Source: Octopus sinensis (taxonomy: Eukaryota). From it: 33,173 nucleotides of DNA. Shown here one piece after another: positions 1-12,225 of the stretch. Positions within the stretch are counted from its first letter, which is position 1. Every line of letters starts with the position of its first letter. The notes below the pieces were generated by a model that was not told the DNA's origin, did no database searches, and saw only the letters and a program-made list of their open reading frames with translations. The DNA is taken from the NCBI RefSeq assembly GCF_006345805.1, contig NW_021829592.1:1-33173 (forward strand), written 5' to 3'. A program made the position numbers and the translations under genes.

Positions 1-128
1 CATGCACATACATACACACAGACACAAATATACAGACCACGCACAAACACACACATACATTTACATTCGTACAGAAATGTGGAGAAAGACAAATATTCAT
101 AAAGATCAAGGTAGAATATATATATATA

Positions 129-356
129 TTTCTTTATTGCCCACAAGGGGCCAAACATAGAGGGGACAACAAGGACAGACAAAGGGATTAAGTCGATTAC
201 AACGACCCCAGTGCGAAACTGGTACTTTATTATCGACCCCGAAAGGATGAAAGGCAAAGTCGACCTCGGCGGAATTTGAACTCAGAACGTAGCGGCAGAC
301 GAATACGCTAAGCATTTCGCCGCGGCGTGCTAACGTTTCTGCCAGCTCGCCGCCTT
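129..356 (-). mobile_element. tRNA-derived SINE, family A, full length with 15-bp target-site duplication
   Basis: Minus strand reads AAGGCGGCGAGCTGGCAGAAACGTTAGC (A box 331-344), GAGTTCAAATTCC (B box 271-283), central GCCTTTCATCCTTTCGGGGTCGAT, tail ending GCAATAAAGAA. TAGAATATATATATA occurs at both 112-126 and 358-372. Related copies occur elsewhere in the window. Confidence 0.9.
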
Positions 357-409
357 ATAGAATATATATATAATATATCATGTAAGCTGTTGTGTATGTA
401 TGTATGTTG

Positions 410-505
410 TATTATTGTATGTATGTATGTATGTATGTATGTATGTATGTATGTATGTATGTATGTATCTATCTATCTATCTATATATATACATACATAC
501 ATATA
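410..505. repeat. (GTAT)n/(CTAT)n microsatellite
   Basis: Direct reading. Confidence 0.95.
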
Positions 506-508
506 TTA

Positions 509-668
509 GACGCGGGCGTAGCTGTGTGGTAAGAAGCTTGCTTCCCAACCACATGATTCTGGGTTCAGTCCCACTGCGTGGCACCTTGTGCAAGAGTATT
601 CTACTAGAGCCTCGAGCCGATCAAAGGCTTGTTAGTGGATTTGGTAGATGGAAATTGAAAGAAGACCG

Positions 669-701
<33 letters not shown>
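509..701 (+). mobile_element. tRNA/CORE-like SINE, family B, 5' half ending in (TA)n
   Basis: GCTGTGTGGTAAG head, GGTTCAGTCCC B box, CORE-like GGCACCTTGTGCAAG..., then GGATTTGGTAGATGGAAATTGAAAGAAG and (AT)n. Matches copies at 24136 and 31240-31662. Confidence 0.85.
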
Positions 702-704
<3 letters not shown>

Positions 705-814
705 CGTCGTAAATTAAGTGTATACTTGAATGAACAGTTAGGTCAACATATAAAATTTTTTAATGTCTAACTTGTCTCTGACGATATTTTGTTCATAATT
801 TATAATTATAATTA

Positions 815-890
815 CTCTAGGCACAAGGCCCAAAATTTTAGGTGAGGGGGCCAGTCGTTTAAATTAACTCCAGTACGCAACTAGTACTTA
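815..890 (-). mobile_element. SINE family A 3' fragment (tail subtype b)
   Basis: CTAGGCACAAGGCCCAAAATTTTAGGTGAGGGGGCCAGTCG matches 15415-15480. Confidence 0.7.
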
Positions 891-1134
891 TAATACAAAT
901 TTAATGCATAGATTTGTAATTTATCCAAAGAGTATAAATAGAAACAGCTGTAGGAAGAAATGATTATCAATTTATTAATGAATCCACTCTATCAGAAATC
1001 TGCAATGGCTCCATAACTACCGTCACAGCTGTAGCGTTGGAGCCCTAGTAATCCGTTACAGCACTTACCTAGCGTACCTAATCGTTTAGATCACCTGTGA
1101 ACTAAACCCCCATACTTTGAATGTATGTACATAT

Positions 1135-1300
1135 ATATGGTGGTGGTGGCTGTCTACTCCTTATGCAGAGTTTGACTATCACCTGTAGCTACACCTTAAA
1201 ATCATCATAGTATCTGATGTGGCTCTTTATACCTGACAATGTTTTAAAAAGACACCCACATAGGTTGCATATCCAATTTGGGCCACCAAGAGCTAGAGTT
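1135..1300 (-). mobile_element. Probable 3' end of an RTE-like LINE with a degenerate C-terminal C2H2-like finger
   Basis: Minus frame WICNLCGCLFKTLSGIKSHIRY* (1189-1275) resembles the CxxC...SH(L/I)R finger at the C-terminus of RTE-clade ORFs. It is followed by a short UTR and a simple-repeat tail. Second His absent. Confidence 0.45.
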
Positions 1301-1315
1301 AACTTCTGATCTTTG

Positions 1316-1548
1316 TATGCAAAAGTGTCGTAATTCCAAAATGCTGCTTTTTCAGAAAACGAAAAAAATTGTTTCACCATTCCATACTAAAACCGTTCTA
1401 CTACACTTCGACAATTTTTTGATATTTTGGCATCTGAATCAGCTGGAGATACGATAGTTTGACCAAAAACCCGGCTATTGCAAGCAGAAATAAATATTGA
1501 AAAAAAAACACTTTACCAAATTCGGACATACAACTGTTTAACATAATA
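1316..1548 (+). repeat. Unclassified ~230-bp interspersed repeat, copy 1
   Basis: TATGCAAAAGTGTCGTAA...TTTCACCATTCCATA...CCGGCTATTGCAAGCA.AAATAAATATTGAAAA...GTTTAACATAA recurs at 16722-16945. Confidence 0.85.
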
Positions 1549-1578
1549 GGAACGGTTTATATATATATATATATATAT

Positions 1579-1660
1579 AAATTAGAGAAAAACCACTATT
1601 ATGTAATTAAAACAATATTATCATTGCTTGAATTACATAATAGTGGTTTTTCTCTAATTT
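1579..1660. repeat. Short fold-back inverted repeat flanked by (TA)n
   Basis: Perfect 30-bp arms at 1579-1608 and 1631-1660, extended inward by 8 bp with 2 mismatches, 6-nt loop. Confidence 0.9.
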
Positions 1661-1740
1661 ATATATATTATATATTTATATTGTGAAACTTGATTTAATA
1701 CTGAACTGAATTCTTCCCTGTAACTTTGGAGTTATACTCC

Positions 1741-1741
1741 C

Positions 1742-1820
<79 letters not shown>

Positions 1821-1893
1821 AATAATAATAATAATAATAATGTGTGTGTGTGCATGTATGTAATGTGTGGGTGTATGTATGTATGTATGTATG

Positions 1894-1924
<31 letters not shown>

Positions 1925-1935
1925 TGTATGTATGT
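1741..1935. repeat. (TAT)n then (AAT)n, then (TATG)n compound microsatellite
   Basis: Direct reading. Confidence 0.95.
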
Positions 1936-2467
1936 ACAAGCATGAACTTTTACTTGATCATCTTAACAACATAGTAACAAAGAGAATTTTCCAGTAATTT
2001 CTGTGTTGTTATAGCCGAACCGAAGGAAGATAAGAGAATCCCTCGTGGGAGCCAGTGGAACTTACACACACAAGACAATGAGTCGGAAGAATACTACAAC
2101 AACAGAAAAGAAAACAAAAATGGAAGAAAAAAAATCTCATAGAATATAAAATCGACCAATGAAAGAAAGAATAACTGAAATGAAGAAAGTCGAAGAATAA
2201 TGGTAGTAATGAGGGCATTGGTATTTCTTTTGTCTGAAAAGAATATATTTTGATTAGAACTGACACGTAAGACGGTAATTTTAGTGCTTCTTTGATCAGA
2301 ATCGGTGGCTTTCTGTTGAACAAAATGGTTCACGGTGTATCCGCAATGGCTACAGTCACTGTGACGGACGGAGAGCTTGTCTCTTTCTTCTGCTGTTGCG
2401 CTTCCCCTGTCTTATCAGATAACGAAGATGAATGATCTACCGGTGTATGAACGCGGGTGGGGTTCGT

Positions 2468-2793
2468 ACACACACACACACACACACGCGTATATATATA
2501 TATATATATATATACATACTTACATATATTGTATTATATACATATACATATAAATATTTGTATATAGAAAGTTACACGTATGTATATACAAGCATACACA
2601 TACATATATACAGCTATATATATATCTTTCTCTATATATGTATACATATATAAATATGTATGTGTATATATATTTATGTATGCATATATTTATATATACG
2701 TATATATATATATGAACATATGTATATATGTATATATACGTATGTAAATGCATGTATATGCACGCATTTGTAAGTATACGTATATATATATAT

Positions 2794-2839
<46 letters not shown>

Positions 2840-3109
2840 TATATATATATAGTTAAATTTTTGCGAACATAACCTACACGTAATGGAGTTTATTAGTGAG
2901 ACTCGTGTGATTTTCAGGTGTGTGTGTGCGTGAGTGAATGTGGGTGCGTGTATATATATATATATATATATAATATATATATATATATGTATACCCATAC
3001 ATACATACATACATACATACATACATACATACATACATACATACATGTATACGTAGATACATGCATGCATACATACATACATACATACATACATACATAC
3101 ATACATACA

Positions 3110-3140
<31 letters not shown>
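2468..3140. repeat. (CA)n/(TA)n/(TG)n/(CATA)n low-complexity tract
   Basis: Direct reading. Source of the MYVC/HTYI pseudo-ORFs. Confidence 0.9.
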
Positions 3141-3142
<2 letters not shown>

Positions 3143-3429
3143 GTGTATGTCCATATATGTGTTGCGCCTATATATCACGCAGTTCAATCTAGGATTGAAA
3201 GACGCGAATCGATTCCGAATCTGCGTTTGCGTATTAAATACGATTGACATTTAAAAGAAAATAAGTTTCACTTTCAAATATCGTCTCCATTCAGATCCTC
3301 ATTCTAATTAAGAATACCTATGTGTGTATGTGTTTGTGTGTGAGTGTGTGTATGTGCGTGTGTGCATATATATATATAATATATATATATATTATATATA
3401 TATATATATATATATTTGTGTATATATAT

Positions 3430-3720
3430 AGGATAAGTTTTAATGAAATGCAATTTTTTCCGAGGTAGAGTTACAGAGAAAAGAAACTAGAAATGTTCTT
3501 TAAAAAAATTCATTTACAATTATCTTACCGGTTTCAAAATTTCATGATTATCAAAAGTTTTATGACATAGAGAGTCTATACTGTATTCGTGTATACTCAG
3601 TTGTTATTGAGTATTTATCTTAGATGCTTGTGTAGAAGTTCTTCCTCTTTGGTAGCACTTGGTTGCTTTTCGTTATTTGTTCGGTATGATGGTTCCAGAA
3701 TAGCCCTATATCTAGGCTTT
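3430..3720 (-). mobile_element. Possible degenerate Penelope-like 3' fragment
   Basis: Minus strand TTGATAA-tcatgaaatttt-GAAACCGGTA-agata at 3521-3554. Downstream sequence resembles 12797-12930. Ends at (TA)n. Confidence 0.35.
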
Positions 3721-3725
3721 GCAAT

Positions 3726-3728
3726 ATG

Positions 3729-3796
<68 letters not shown>

Positions 3797-3854
3797 GCCT
3801 CCCTTCCTCCCTCCCTCCTTCTCTCCCTACCTACCTACCTACCTACCTACCTAC

Positions 3855-3904
<50 letters not shown>

Positions 3905-4060
3905 GTCTGTCTGTCTGTCTGTCTGTATTTGTCTGTGTGTGTGTGTCTGTGTGTGTCTGTTTATCTATCTACCTGTCCGTCTGTCTGTCTGTCTATCTAT
4001 CTACTTACCTACCTACCTACCTACCTACCTACCTTCCTACCTACCTACCTACCTACCTAC

Positions 4061-4118
<58 letters not shown>

Positions 4119-4235
4119 GTCTGTGTGTTTGTCTGTGTGTGTGTCTATCTGTGTATCTGTCTGTTTATCTATGTACCTGTCTGTCTGTTAACTATCTACC
4201 TATCTGTCTGTCTATTTACCTACCTACCTACCAGC
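3726..4235. repeat. (TCTA)n/(CCTA)n/(TCTG)n compound tetranucleotide array
   Basis: Direct reading. Source of the YLSI/LPTY pseudo-ORFs. Confidence 0.95.
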
Positions 4236-4339
4236 CTACCTACATTGATCCATTCATCCATCCACACATACATACCTACATAATACATACATATATACAC
4301 AAACACACACACATCCACATACACATATGCAAGTATATG

Positions 4340-4530
4340 TGTGCGTGTGTTTGTTCCCACACTGCTTGTGAACCGGTGAAGCCTTGTTTACAGTAACATA
4401 GCAGTTCAGCAAATAGGTCCAATAGTATAACTGCCACACAAAAAAACCCACCATATACTAGGGGTCAATTTGTTCGATTTAACCCTTAAACGCGTTGCCC
4501 GAGTATGGCCGCTGTCCAGTGTCTGGAACA
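4340..4530 (+). mobile_element. SINE family B 3' half, degenerate
   Basis: GGGGTCAATTTGTTCGATT...AGTATGGCCGC matches the family B tail. Confidence 0.55.
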
Positions 4531-4559
4531 AGTTTTATATGTGTGTATGTATATATCGT

Positions 4560-4753
4560 TTATCTTTTATGTTTCAGTCATTGAGCTGCGGCCATGTTGG
4601 GGCACAACCCTGGAGTATTTAGTCGAACAAATTGATCGTTTTTTTTTTATAGCCTGGTACTAATTCTACCTATCTATTTTGCCTAAGTGCTAAAACCAGA
4701 TATGAAGCCACGCTGTGGGACTGAAACCGGAACCATGTGATGGGAAAAGTAGA
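4560..4753 (-). mobile_element. SINE family B, internally deleted
   Basis: Head (GGCTGTGTG...GGTTCCGGTTTCAGTCCC on minus) joined to tail (CATGGCCGCAGCTCAATGACTGAAACA) without the middle section. Confidence 0.7.
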
Positions 4754-4754
4754 C

Positions 4755-4775
4755 ATTTTATCACACAGCCCTATG

Positions 4776-4837
<62 letters not shown>

Positions 4838-4880
4838 GTGTGTGTGTGTGTGTGTTGTGTGTGTGTGTGTGTGCGTGTGG
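4755..4880. repeat. (TA)n-(TG)n microsatellite
   Basis: Direct reading. Confidence 0.95.
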
Positions 4881-5283
4881 TGTGTCTTTATGTGTTTATG
4901 CATTCAGTTTTAGCAGTTTCAGTTTTTGCCATGTGAGAAAAATAGGACTTTGTTAAGGAGCTCTCATAAGACCAAAACATGTCCTATCGCATATCCCAAT
5001 CTGTTTAAAATCTGTATTATAGACAGCCTCAGCATTTTGATCAACAGCTTACTGGTGTTGTTGTCTCCTTCAAATTTATGGAAGGACAGAAATACGACTG
5101 CGTGATAACTGCAGTTTTACTTTTACAATGTCATTAGCTAAATCCAAACACATTATCTGTCTGTGTTGATAAACATTATGACGTTCATTCGCCATACACA
5201 AGAGAATACTATCATAATTATCATTTGCTCATAGAGTTTCGCTGCCATTTTGTTGTCTAGGGACATTGCTACACAAGCAAGAG

Positions 5284-5326
<43 letters not shown>

Positions 5327-5415
5327 TATTATTATTATTATTATTATTATCATTATTATTACTATTATTATTATTATTAATATTATTATTATTATTACTA
5401 TTATTATTATTATTA

Positions 5416-5485
<70 letters not shown>

Positions 5486-5487
5486 CA
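5284..5487. repeat. (ATT)n microsatellite
   Basis: Direct reading. Source of the poly-I/L/Y pseudo-ORFs. Confidence 0.97.
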
Positions 5488-5831
5488 CTGTTTGTTCATG
5501 TACTGTTGCTGCCATTTTGTAGTTTTGAAAACAATGCTAAACAATTGTCATTCAAACTTTGAAAACATCTTTTATATTTTAACGAGTAAAGCGAATTGTT
5601 TTCTTTTCAAACTGTCGAGAATTTCTTTTTAAATTGTTATTTTTTTATTAAATGTTTTATTCTATCTTTTAATTGCTACGTCATAGGAGCTAAAAATAGC
5701 AGCACTATTATCCTCCTGTGTTCCTTTTCAAAAGCTCTGACTAATGAAAAAAATAGATGGAGTTAACCGCGTAGCCCAGAAGCCTGGTTTGGACGCATGC
5801 GGACGGTGGATTAAACGCTACCATGAGCCAT

Positions 5832-5906
5832 GTTTAACACAATCTGTCGTCTGGTTTAACACAATCTATCGTCTGGTTTAACACAATCTATCGTCTGGTT
5901 TAACAC
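5832..5906 (+). repeat. 22-bp minisatellite, 3.4 copies
   Basis: GTTTAACACAATCT(G/A)TCGTCTG at 5832, 5854 and 5876, plus partial GTTTAACAC at 5898. Confidence 0.95.
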
Positions 5907-6340
5907 TTATTGTTAGCTGTTAAACCGGGTAACATGTTAAATCCACGACACAAAATCAAGAATCAACCATGAGGCAGATTTTCATACAGTTATTGCCTAC
6001 AAAATTACATTTACAAGGTCTTGGTCGGTCGAGTTACAAGCCTTTACCGCCATGTTTCTCACACCAACGGCAGAAAGACAAAGGCTTCCGGTGTTATCTC
6101 CTCCTTTTCCAATTATTCTTTGCCAATGTCATCGTTGTTGTTATTGTCATCGTCGTCGTCGTCGTCGTCGTCGTCGTCATCGTTGGTTCAAGGTGAATCC
6201 AAGTGGAATCATTAACGCACACACACTCACAATTATATTCACGCCTTTTAACATAGACTTGCACACACATACACGTACTTACACGCATACACGTACATAC
6301 TCATAGTCATACGCTCATACAAATACACTTACATATATGT

Positions 6341-6550
6341 ATGTGTGTGTGTGTTTGTGTCCCCATCATCGCTTGACAACCGGTGTTCGTGTGCTTATGT
6401 CCCTGTAAATTAGCTGTTCGCCAAAAGAGACCAGCAGAATAAGTATAAGCTTAAAAAATGTCTTCGGGTCGATTTGTTCGATTAAAACCGTTCAAGGCGG
6501 TGCTCCAGCATGGCTGCCGTAAAATGACTTAAGTCGAAGAATAAAAGAAT
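6341..6550 (+). mobile_element. SINE family B 3' half following (TG)n
   Basis: CCCCATCATCGCTTGACAACCGGTG...GGCGGTGCTCCAGCATGGCTGCCG...ATAAAAG. Confidence 0.8.
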
Positions 6551-7384
6551 ACATACACACACACACACACATAGACATAGTTCATGCAAATAGATACATT
6601 TACGCACACACATACTCTCATACACGCAGTCAAACACATTCATAAGCACATACACATTGTCATAGACATACATTCATACATATAGATATATTTACGCATT
6701 CACATACACACTTAAACACAGACATATGTTCATACAACCATATACACATTCACTATACATACGTTTGTTACAAGTCTGTTAGCAGACGATACCTATAACC
6801 ATAACTATTGCCAGCTTCCTCGACATCATCAGCCGACCTTGACTTGAAGATGGCGGAGGTAATTAGCGGCGATAAACGAGGATTACGTTAATGATATCTA
6901 AATCGTATGTCCGTTTCTGCAAATGTAATTATATAGACATCATTAATTACTGAAAGTAGATGGACGTAACATAAGCGAAAGCCATTGTTTTCGTTTTAAA
7001 GCTTTCAGTATACGTTTGTGAAGTCGACTGTCGGCCATGAAGAATGGCTACAGAAAACTCTTTATGGAAATGAAAAAAGAAAGAAAAAAAACAAAATATA
7101 TTTATCGTCTGCTCGCTTCATTTGATTTAAGATTTAACGATATCAATTGGCCTTAATTGCGGACAAAAGTAGTAATTTATTCTAATGGCTTTTCGCAGCA
7201 GTATCTTCGGAAATATCAGAATGACTGTCTCTCAGTCGGGGATAAATATACTTTTATCATCGACGAAACGTTCATAGTTAACTTCAATTAATTCGTTCGT
7301 TTCTTCGATTAAATTATGGCTCGAAAATTAGCGGAGATTAAAATGTTGGCAACGAACTAACCATATAGGTGAGATCTGATGGAG

Positions 7385-7634
7385 ATCTTAGTAGTAGTTG
7401 TAGTACCAGCAGCAGAAGCAGCAGAAGTAGCAGTAGTAGAAGCAGCAATAGTAGTAGTAGTAGTAGTAGTTAGTAGTAGTAGTAGTAGCAGTAGTAACAG
7501 CAGAAGCAGCAGTAGTAGCAGCAGTAATAGTAGAAGTAGTAGAATTAGCAACAGCAGTAGTAGTAATGGTAGCAGCTGTAGTAAGAGTAGCGGCGGCAGC
7601 AACAGTAGTAGTGGTGATAGTAGTGGTAGTAGTG

Positions 7635-7701
<67 letters not shown>

Positions 7702-7775
7702 TAGTAGCAGCAGCAGTAATAGTAGTAGTTTGTGTAGTAGTAGTAATAATTGTAGTGGTGGTGGTGGTGGTAGTA
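7385..7775. repeat. (AGT)n/(AGC)n trinucleotide tract
   Basis: Direct reading. Source of the poly-S/V pseudo-ORFs. Confidence 0.95.
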
Positions 7776-8039
7776 GCTAGAGCAGAAGTATCTGGTGTTG
7801 CTCTTACTGCTATTTTTGTTGTTTAACTGGAGGTCAATTGTCAGCAAGCAAATCTATCATCAAGTAACGTTCCAAGCGTGACCATCCCATCATTTGGAGT
7901 CTTTTGGGTTTTTTTTTTCTTAATTTGTTTTCCCTCTTGATGCGTCTAACAATAGAAAGGGGGAAGGTTTTGTTGGCAGAATCGGTTGAGTTTCAGAATA
8001 ATGGCTTTCGGCTTCATCACATTTAAGCATCCTCATTAG

Positions 8040-8087
8040 CACCACTAGTACCACACCGGCCCAACCGTCACCACCACCACCACCACT

Positions 8088-8164
<77 letters not shown>

Positions 8165-8378
8165 TGCCATCACCTTCCCACCGCCTTCACCGCCACCACT
8201 ATCATCATCGTCATTACCACCACCACCACCACCACTACAACAACAACAACAACAAGATTACCAGAAAAATCACTACCAAACCACCACCAGCAGCACCACC
8301 ACCATTATCCGACTCCGTTTCATCATAATCATGATGATGATGATTATGATGATGATCATCATCAACAACAACAACCAC
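8040..8378. repeat. (CAC)n/(CAT)n/(CAA)n trinucleotide tract
   Basis: Direct reading. Confidence 0.9.
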
Positions 8379-8994
8379 AGTTTTCACAGAGAAACTTGAT
8401 ATGACGTAAATTTTTTTTTATTCGAAATTAATCCCAGAAGTCGCCGGGAATGTGTCGTTTGTCATTTTCTTCTTTCTCCGCCTCCCACAACAATCAATAA
8501 CAACAATAATAACGGACAAAATCTCGCAACAGTTTTATTCTCTTTGAGAAAAAGCGAAAAAAAAAACTGCAAAAAAAAAAAAGGGTGGTAGCGGGTGGAA
8601 TTTACCTGCTGACAAAAGTGAATTCTTCAAATGGTTGTCTTTGATGTATATATTCGTCAGCGCCACCGTAATATGGCAACTGTATCAACAATGACAGAGT
8701 TATTATCATCAAACTTTACCAACTTCGATAATATTTTCCCAACACAGGTGTATCCGATATGATTGGTAAATGCGTCCTTTGATCAATTGATTGGTATCGA
8801 ACAGACGTTTTGTCGGTCGTTGATGAAATTATCAATATTGATGAAAAATTTCCGTGACAAACTGGCGTAAACGAGAATAAACTGCTTTCACGAGAGGCGA
8901 TCGATGTGGAATCAATCATATAGCTTGTTCTCAATGATTGGTTTTATGATTAGCAAAGATCAGAGATAAACTGTTGAGGTTTTTCTTCTTGGGT

Positions 8995-9236
8995 GCTGGT
9001 TTGGCTCTGTTGGTAAGACTACCGCTTAACAACCACGTGGTTTCTGGTTCAACCCCGCTGTGCGACATCTTGGACAAATGTCTTCTACTACAGGCCCAAA
9101 CCGATCAATGTTTTGCAAGTTTATTTGGTAGATGGAAACTGTACAGAATCCCATCGTATCACTCTTTCTCTCTCTCCCTCTCCTTCCCCCTCACTCTCTG
9201 TCTGCCTCTCAGTATATGTGTGTATATATATGTGTG

Positions 9237-9271
<35 letters not shown>

Positions 9272-9500
9272 ATGTGTACGTGTGTGTGCGTGTGAATGTC
9301 ATTGTCCTTGCTTTTGTCACTCACCGACACTTGGCAACCGGTGTTGGTTTGTTCGCATCCCCCGTAACTTAGCGGTTTAGCAAAAGATACCGATAGTATA
9401 AGTAGCAGACCTAAAAACAAGACTGGTTTCGATTTTTTCGACTAAAAAGCTTTCAAGGCCAGTGCCCCAGCATGACCGCAGTAAAAGACAAAAGATAAAC
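8995..9500 (+). mobile_element. SINE family B, full length and diverged, with internal (CT)/(TA)/(TG) microsatellite
   Basis: Head and CORE-like part 8995-9157, microsatellite 9160-9295, tail with CCCCGTAACTTAGCGGTT and CCAGCATGACCGCAGT. Confidence 0.8.
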
Positions 9501-9821
9501 GATGCAGCCTTCTCAGAGACACCTGAATATTGTGGTCGCACGATCAAATCCTGTTGCAAGCAGAAAACAGTTTGTGAAATTTGGCAAAGCGGAGCAGAAG
9601 TATTTTCGAGGCCCGGGTAATGGAATCCTCTCAAACTCCAAGGAGCTCTTAGGGGTTATGAGAGGGTGGTGGTGGCTGGCAGTCTTTTGTTGGCTTTGCG
9701 AGTCCACAACCATGTGTACAGGTAGGTCCTGATTGTTTCTTGCAGAAATTCAAGCGTCTTGTTACCCTGAAGAATGCAAAATTACCACCATCATCATCAC
9801 CATCATCATCACTATCATCAA

Positions 9822-11008
9822 ACATTTGATTTTGCCTCTCTTCAAGACACCACACTTTCTCAGTCCGAACTCCATTCTGATATCAGCACTGAAGGTATAC
9901 ACTGTATCAACGAGGGAGCTGACTTGGGCTTCATATTTACCATAGAGTTTGAGGTCATCCACGAATAACAAATGGCTGACTTTTTGTTGGCGGCTTTTGA
10001 ATACATACCCGGCTTTTGCTTTCATTAGAATCAGTGTTAGTGGTATCAAGCACCGTACAAAGATCAGTGGGGACAGGCAGTCCCCTTGGAAGATGCCCCT
10101 CCTGATTTCTACTGTCCCTAAACTTCTTCCGTATGCTGTCAGGTCCGTCCTCCAATTCGCCCTATTTTTTTTTCCAAGCAATCGTTCAACATTTTTTGCT
10201 GATTTCCTTCACTTCCCTAACTGAAATGATTAGTTCTGTCTGTTTTGGACAGACTACTGTTTGTTTCAGTTCTTGCAACCATTCAGCATCCTTCTTGTGC
10301 TCCTTGTCTTTGCTCCAGATGTCACTCCAAAACCTTTCACCCTCAACGTTATCTGGTATCAACTTTTCATCTGTACACTCTCCATTTATTTCTTTATAGA
10401 ATCTCTTCTAATCTACTCTGAATAACCTATTCTGGTGGTAACCCTTCATAATTTGGTCGTATCTTACCATCTTTGCTTTCTTTGCAACGAGGCACTGTTT
10501 CAGTTCCTCCATTACCACTTCCAGCGGCTTTCTTTCAATATTATACTTCCTTTTCAGCGCCCTGAATTTTTGTTGGCTTTTAAGCTCCCCTTTCTCTTTT
10601 CGGTCTAACACAGAGATTTCCTACGGGAGCATATCTAACCCCGCCTGTATTCTTCTTTTCCACCATGGATCTTTTCTGTTGTCACTCCCATTATGTTTCT
10701 TTTTCTTGACATCAACACCCACATTTTCTACTACAGCAATACTTGCTGCCTTGATCAAATTATTTGTTTCTGTGATGTTGATTTGCTCTGATGTATTTCA
10801 GAAATTCATTGACATTTTTCTTTTCTTGGTTCAATTTCCATCGATCAACCCTTTTAAGGTGGCAAAGAATGTCGCTATCGTTCTCCTGCAGTCTTGCCTT
10901 TATCCTGTCGTAGATTGCCTTTTTGTTCGTCTGTCATGTCGCCATTAGTTTTATTATCCTCTTTCAGACCATCTAGATATCTCTCCTAAAGTAAGCTACC
11001 ACTGCTCC
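9822..11008 (-). mobile_element. R4/Dong-like (RLE-type) non-LTR retrotransposon fragment, internally deleted and 3'-truncated
   Basis: Minus-strand translations give RT motifs RRGIFQGDCLSP and HLLFVDDLKLYG (ORF 9762-10181) and upstream segments DPWWKRRI, RYDQIMKGYHQNRLF and ERFWSDIW, which are typical of R4-clade ORFs. Frameshifts and stops are present. The clade call is from recall, not a search. Confidence 0.8.
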
Positions 11009-11078
<70 letters not shown>

Positions 11079-11197
11079 ATTATTACTATCATCATCAACA
11101 TCATCGACATCATCATCATCATCATCATCATCAGCATCACCATCATCATCATCATCATCATCGTCATCGTCGTCATCGTCGTCGTCATCGTCATCAT
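11009..11197. repeat. (TTA)n then (CAT)n/(CGT)n microsatellite
   Basis: Direct reading. Confidence 0.95.
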
Positions 11198-11589
11198 TTA
11201 TTGATTGGTTATGCATTACCATGGTTATTTTTCTTTTCATGTAATATTTATTTTATTGTGCTTTTATCCTTTTTATTATTTTCTGCTCCGTTTTATGATT
11301 TTATTAAAGATAATTACGGTTGGCAATTTAACCATCGAGTAACAACTAAATTGGTTGATAATGGAACGGTGCTGGAAGACAAAGGCAACTGAAAATATTC
11401 AGCCACAGATCAAATACGGACAACTAAAGGAAAAAAAAATGTTTATTAAACTACAAACCACGATTGACTAAACTATAACAATGTACTAAACAGATCCATT
11501 TACTAACAAGTAAATCGTCAGAACATTACACGAATGGAGTTTGCTCGAAAACAGACAGACAGACAGACAGAAACACAGACAACCGTACA

Positions 11590-12129
11590 CACTGACATAC
11601 GTCTATGCATGCATACGTAAATACAGACGTACATACATGATATATAATATACATACATACGTACATACATACATGCATAAATACATACATACGTACATAC
11701 AGACATACATAACATATATAACATACATAATATATACATACATACATACATACATACATACATACGTACATACGTACATATATGCATACATGCGTACATA
11801 ACATACATAACATACATACATATATACTTACATATATGCATACATACACACGTACATGCATACATACATAACATACAAATATAACATACATAAGTACATT
11901 CATGCATACATATATACATACATACATACCTTACATACATAACATACATACATCATACATACATACATTCATTCATGCATATATACTTACATACATGCAT
12001 ACTTACATACATATATAACATATTTAATGCATAACATACATATATAACATACATGCCTACATACATACATACATACATACATACATACACACATACATAC
12101 ATACATACATACATACATACATACATACA

Positions 12130-12163
<34 letters not shown>

Positions 12164-12185
12164 CTTATATACATGCTTACATGCA
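11590..12185. repeat. Degenerate (CATA)n array
   Basis: Direct reading. Confidence 0.92.
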
Positions 12186-12189
12186 TTCA

Positions 12190-12225
12190 TGCGAAGGGGT
12201 GCGAAAGAGTTCCTGGCTTTGGGTA
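12190..12225 (+). mobile_element. Solo mariner-type TIR fragment
   Basis: TGCGAAGGGGTGCGAAAGAGTTCCTGGCTTTGGGTA resembles both TIRs of the MITE at 27919-28134. Confidence 0.6.

Noticed and set aside
925-957. GAAACAGCTGTA hammerhead 3' half
   Set aside because: The upstream core reads CCAAAGA and stem I does not pair. Relic at best.
5832-5906. CRISPR-like repeat
   Set aside because: The units are contiguous with no spacers, in a eukaryotic context without cas genes
9505-9815. Possible 3' end of another LINE with a (CAT)n tail (+)
   Set aside because: No recognisable protein motif in any frame. Left unassigned.
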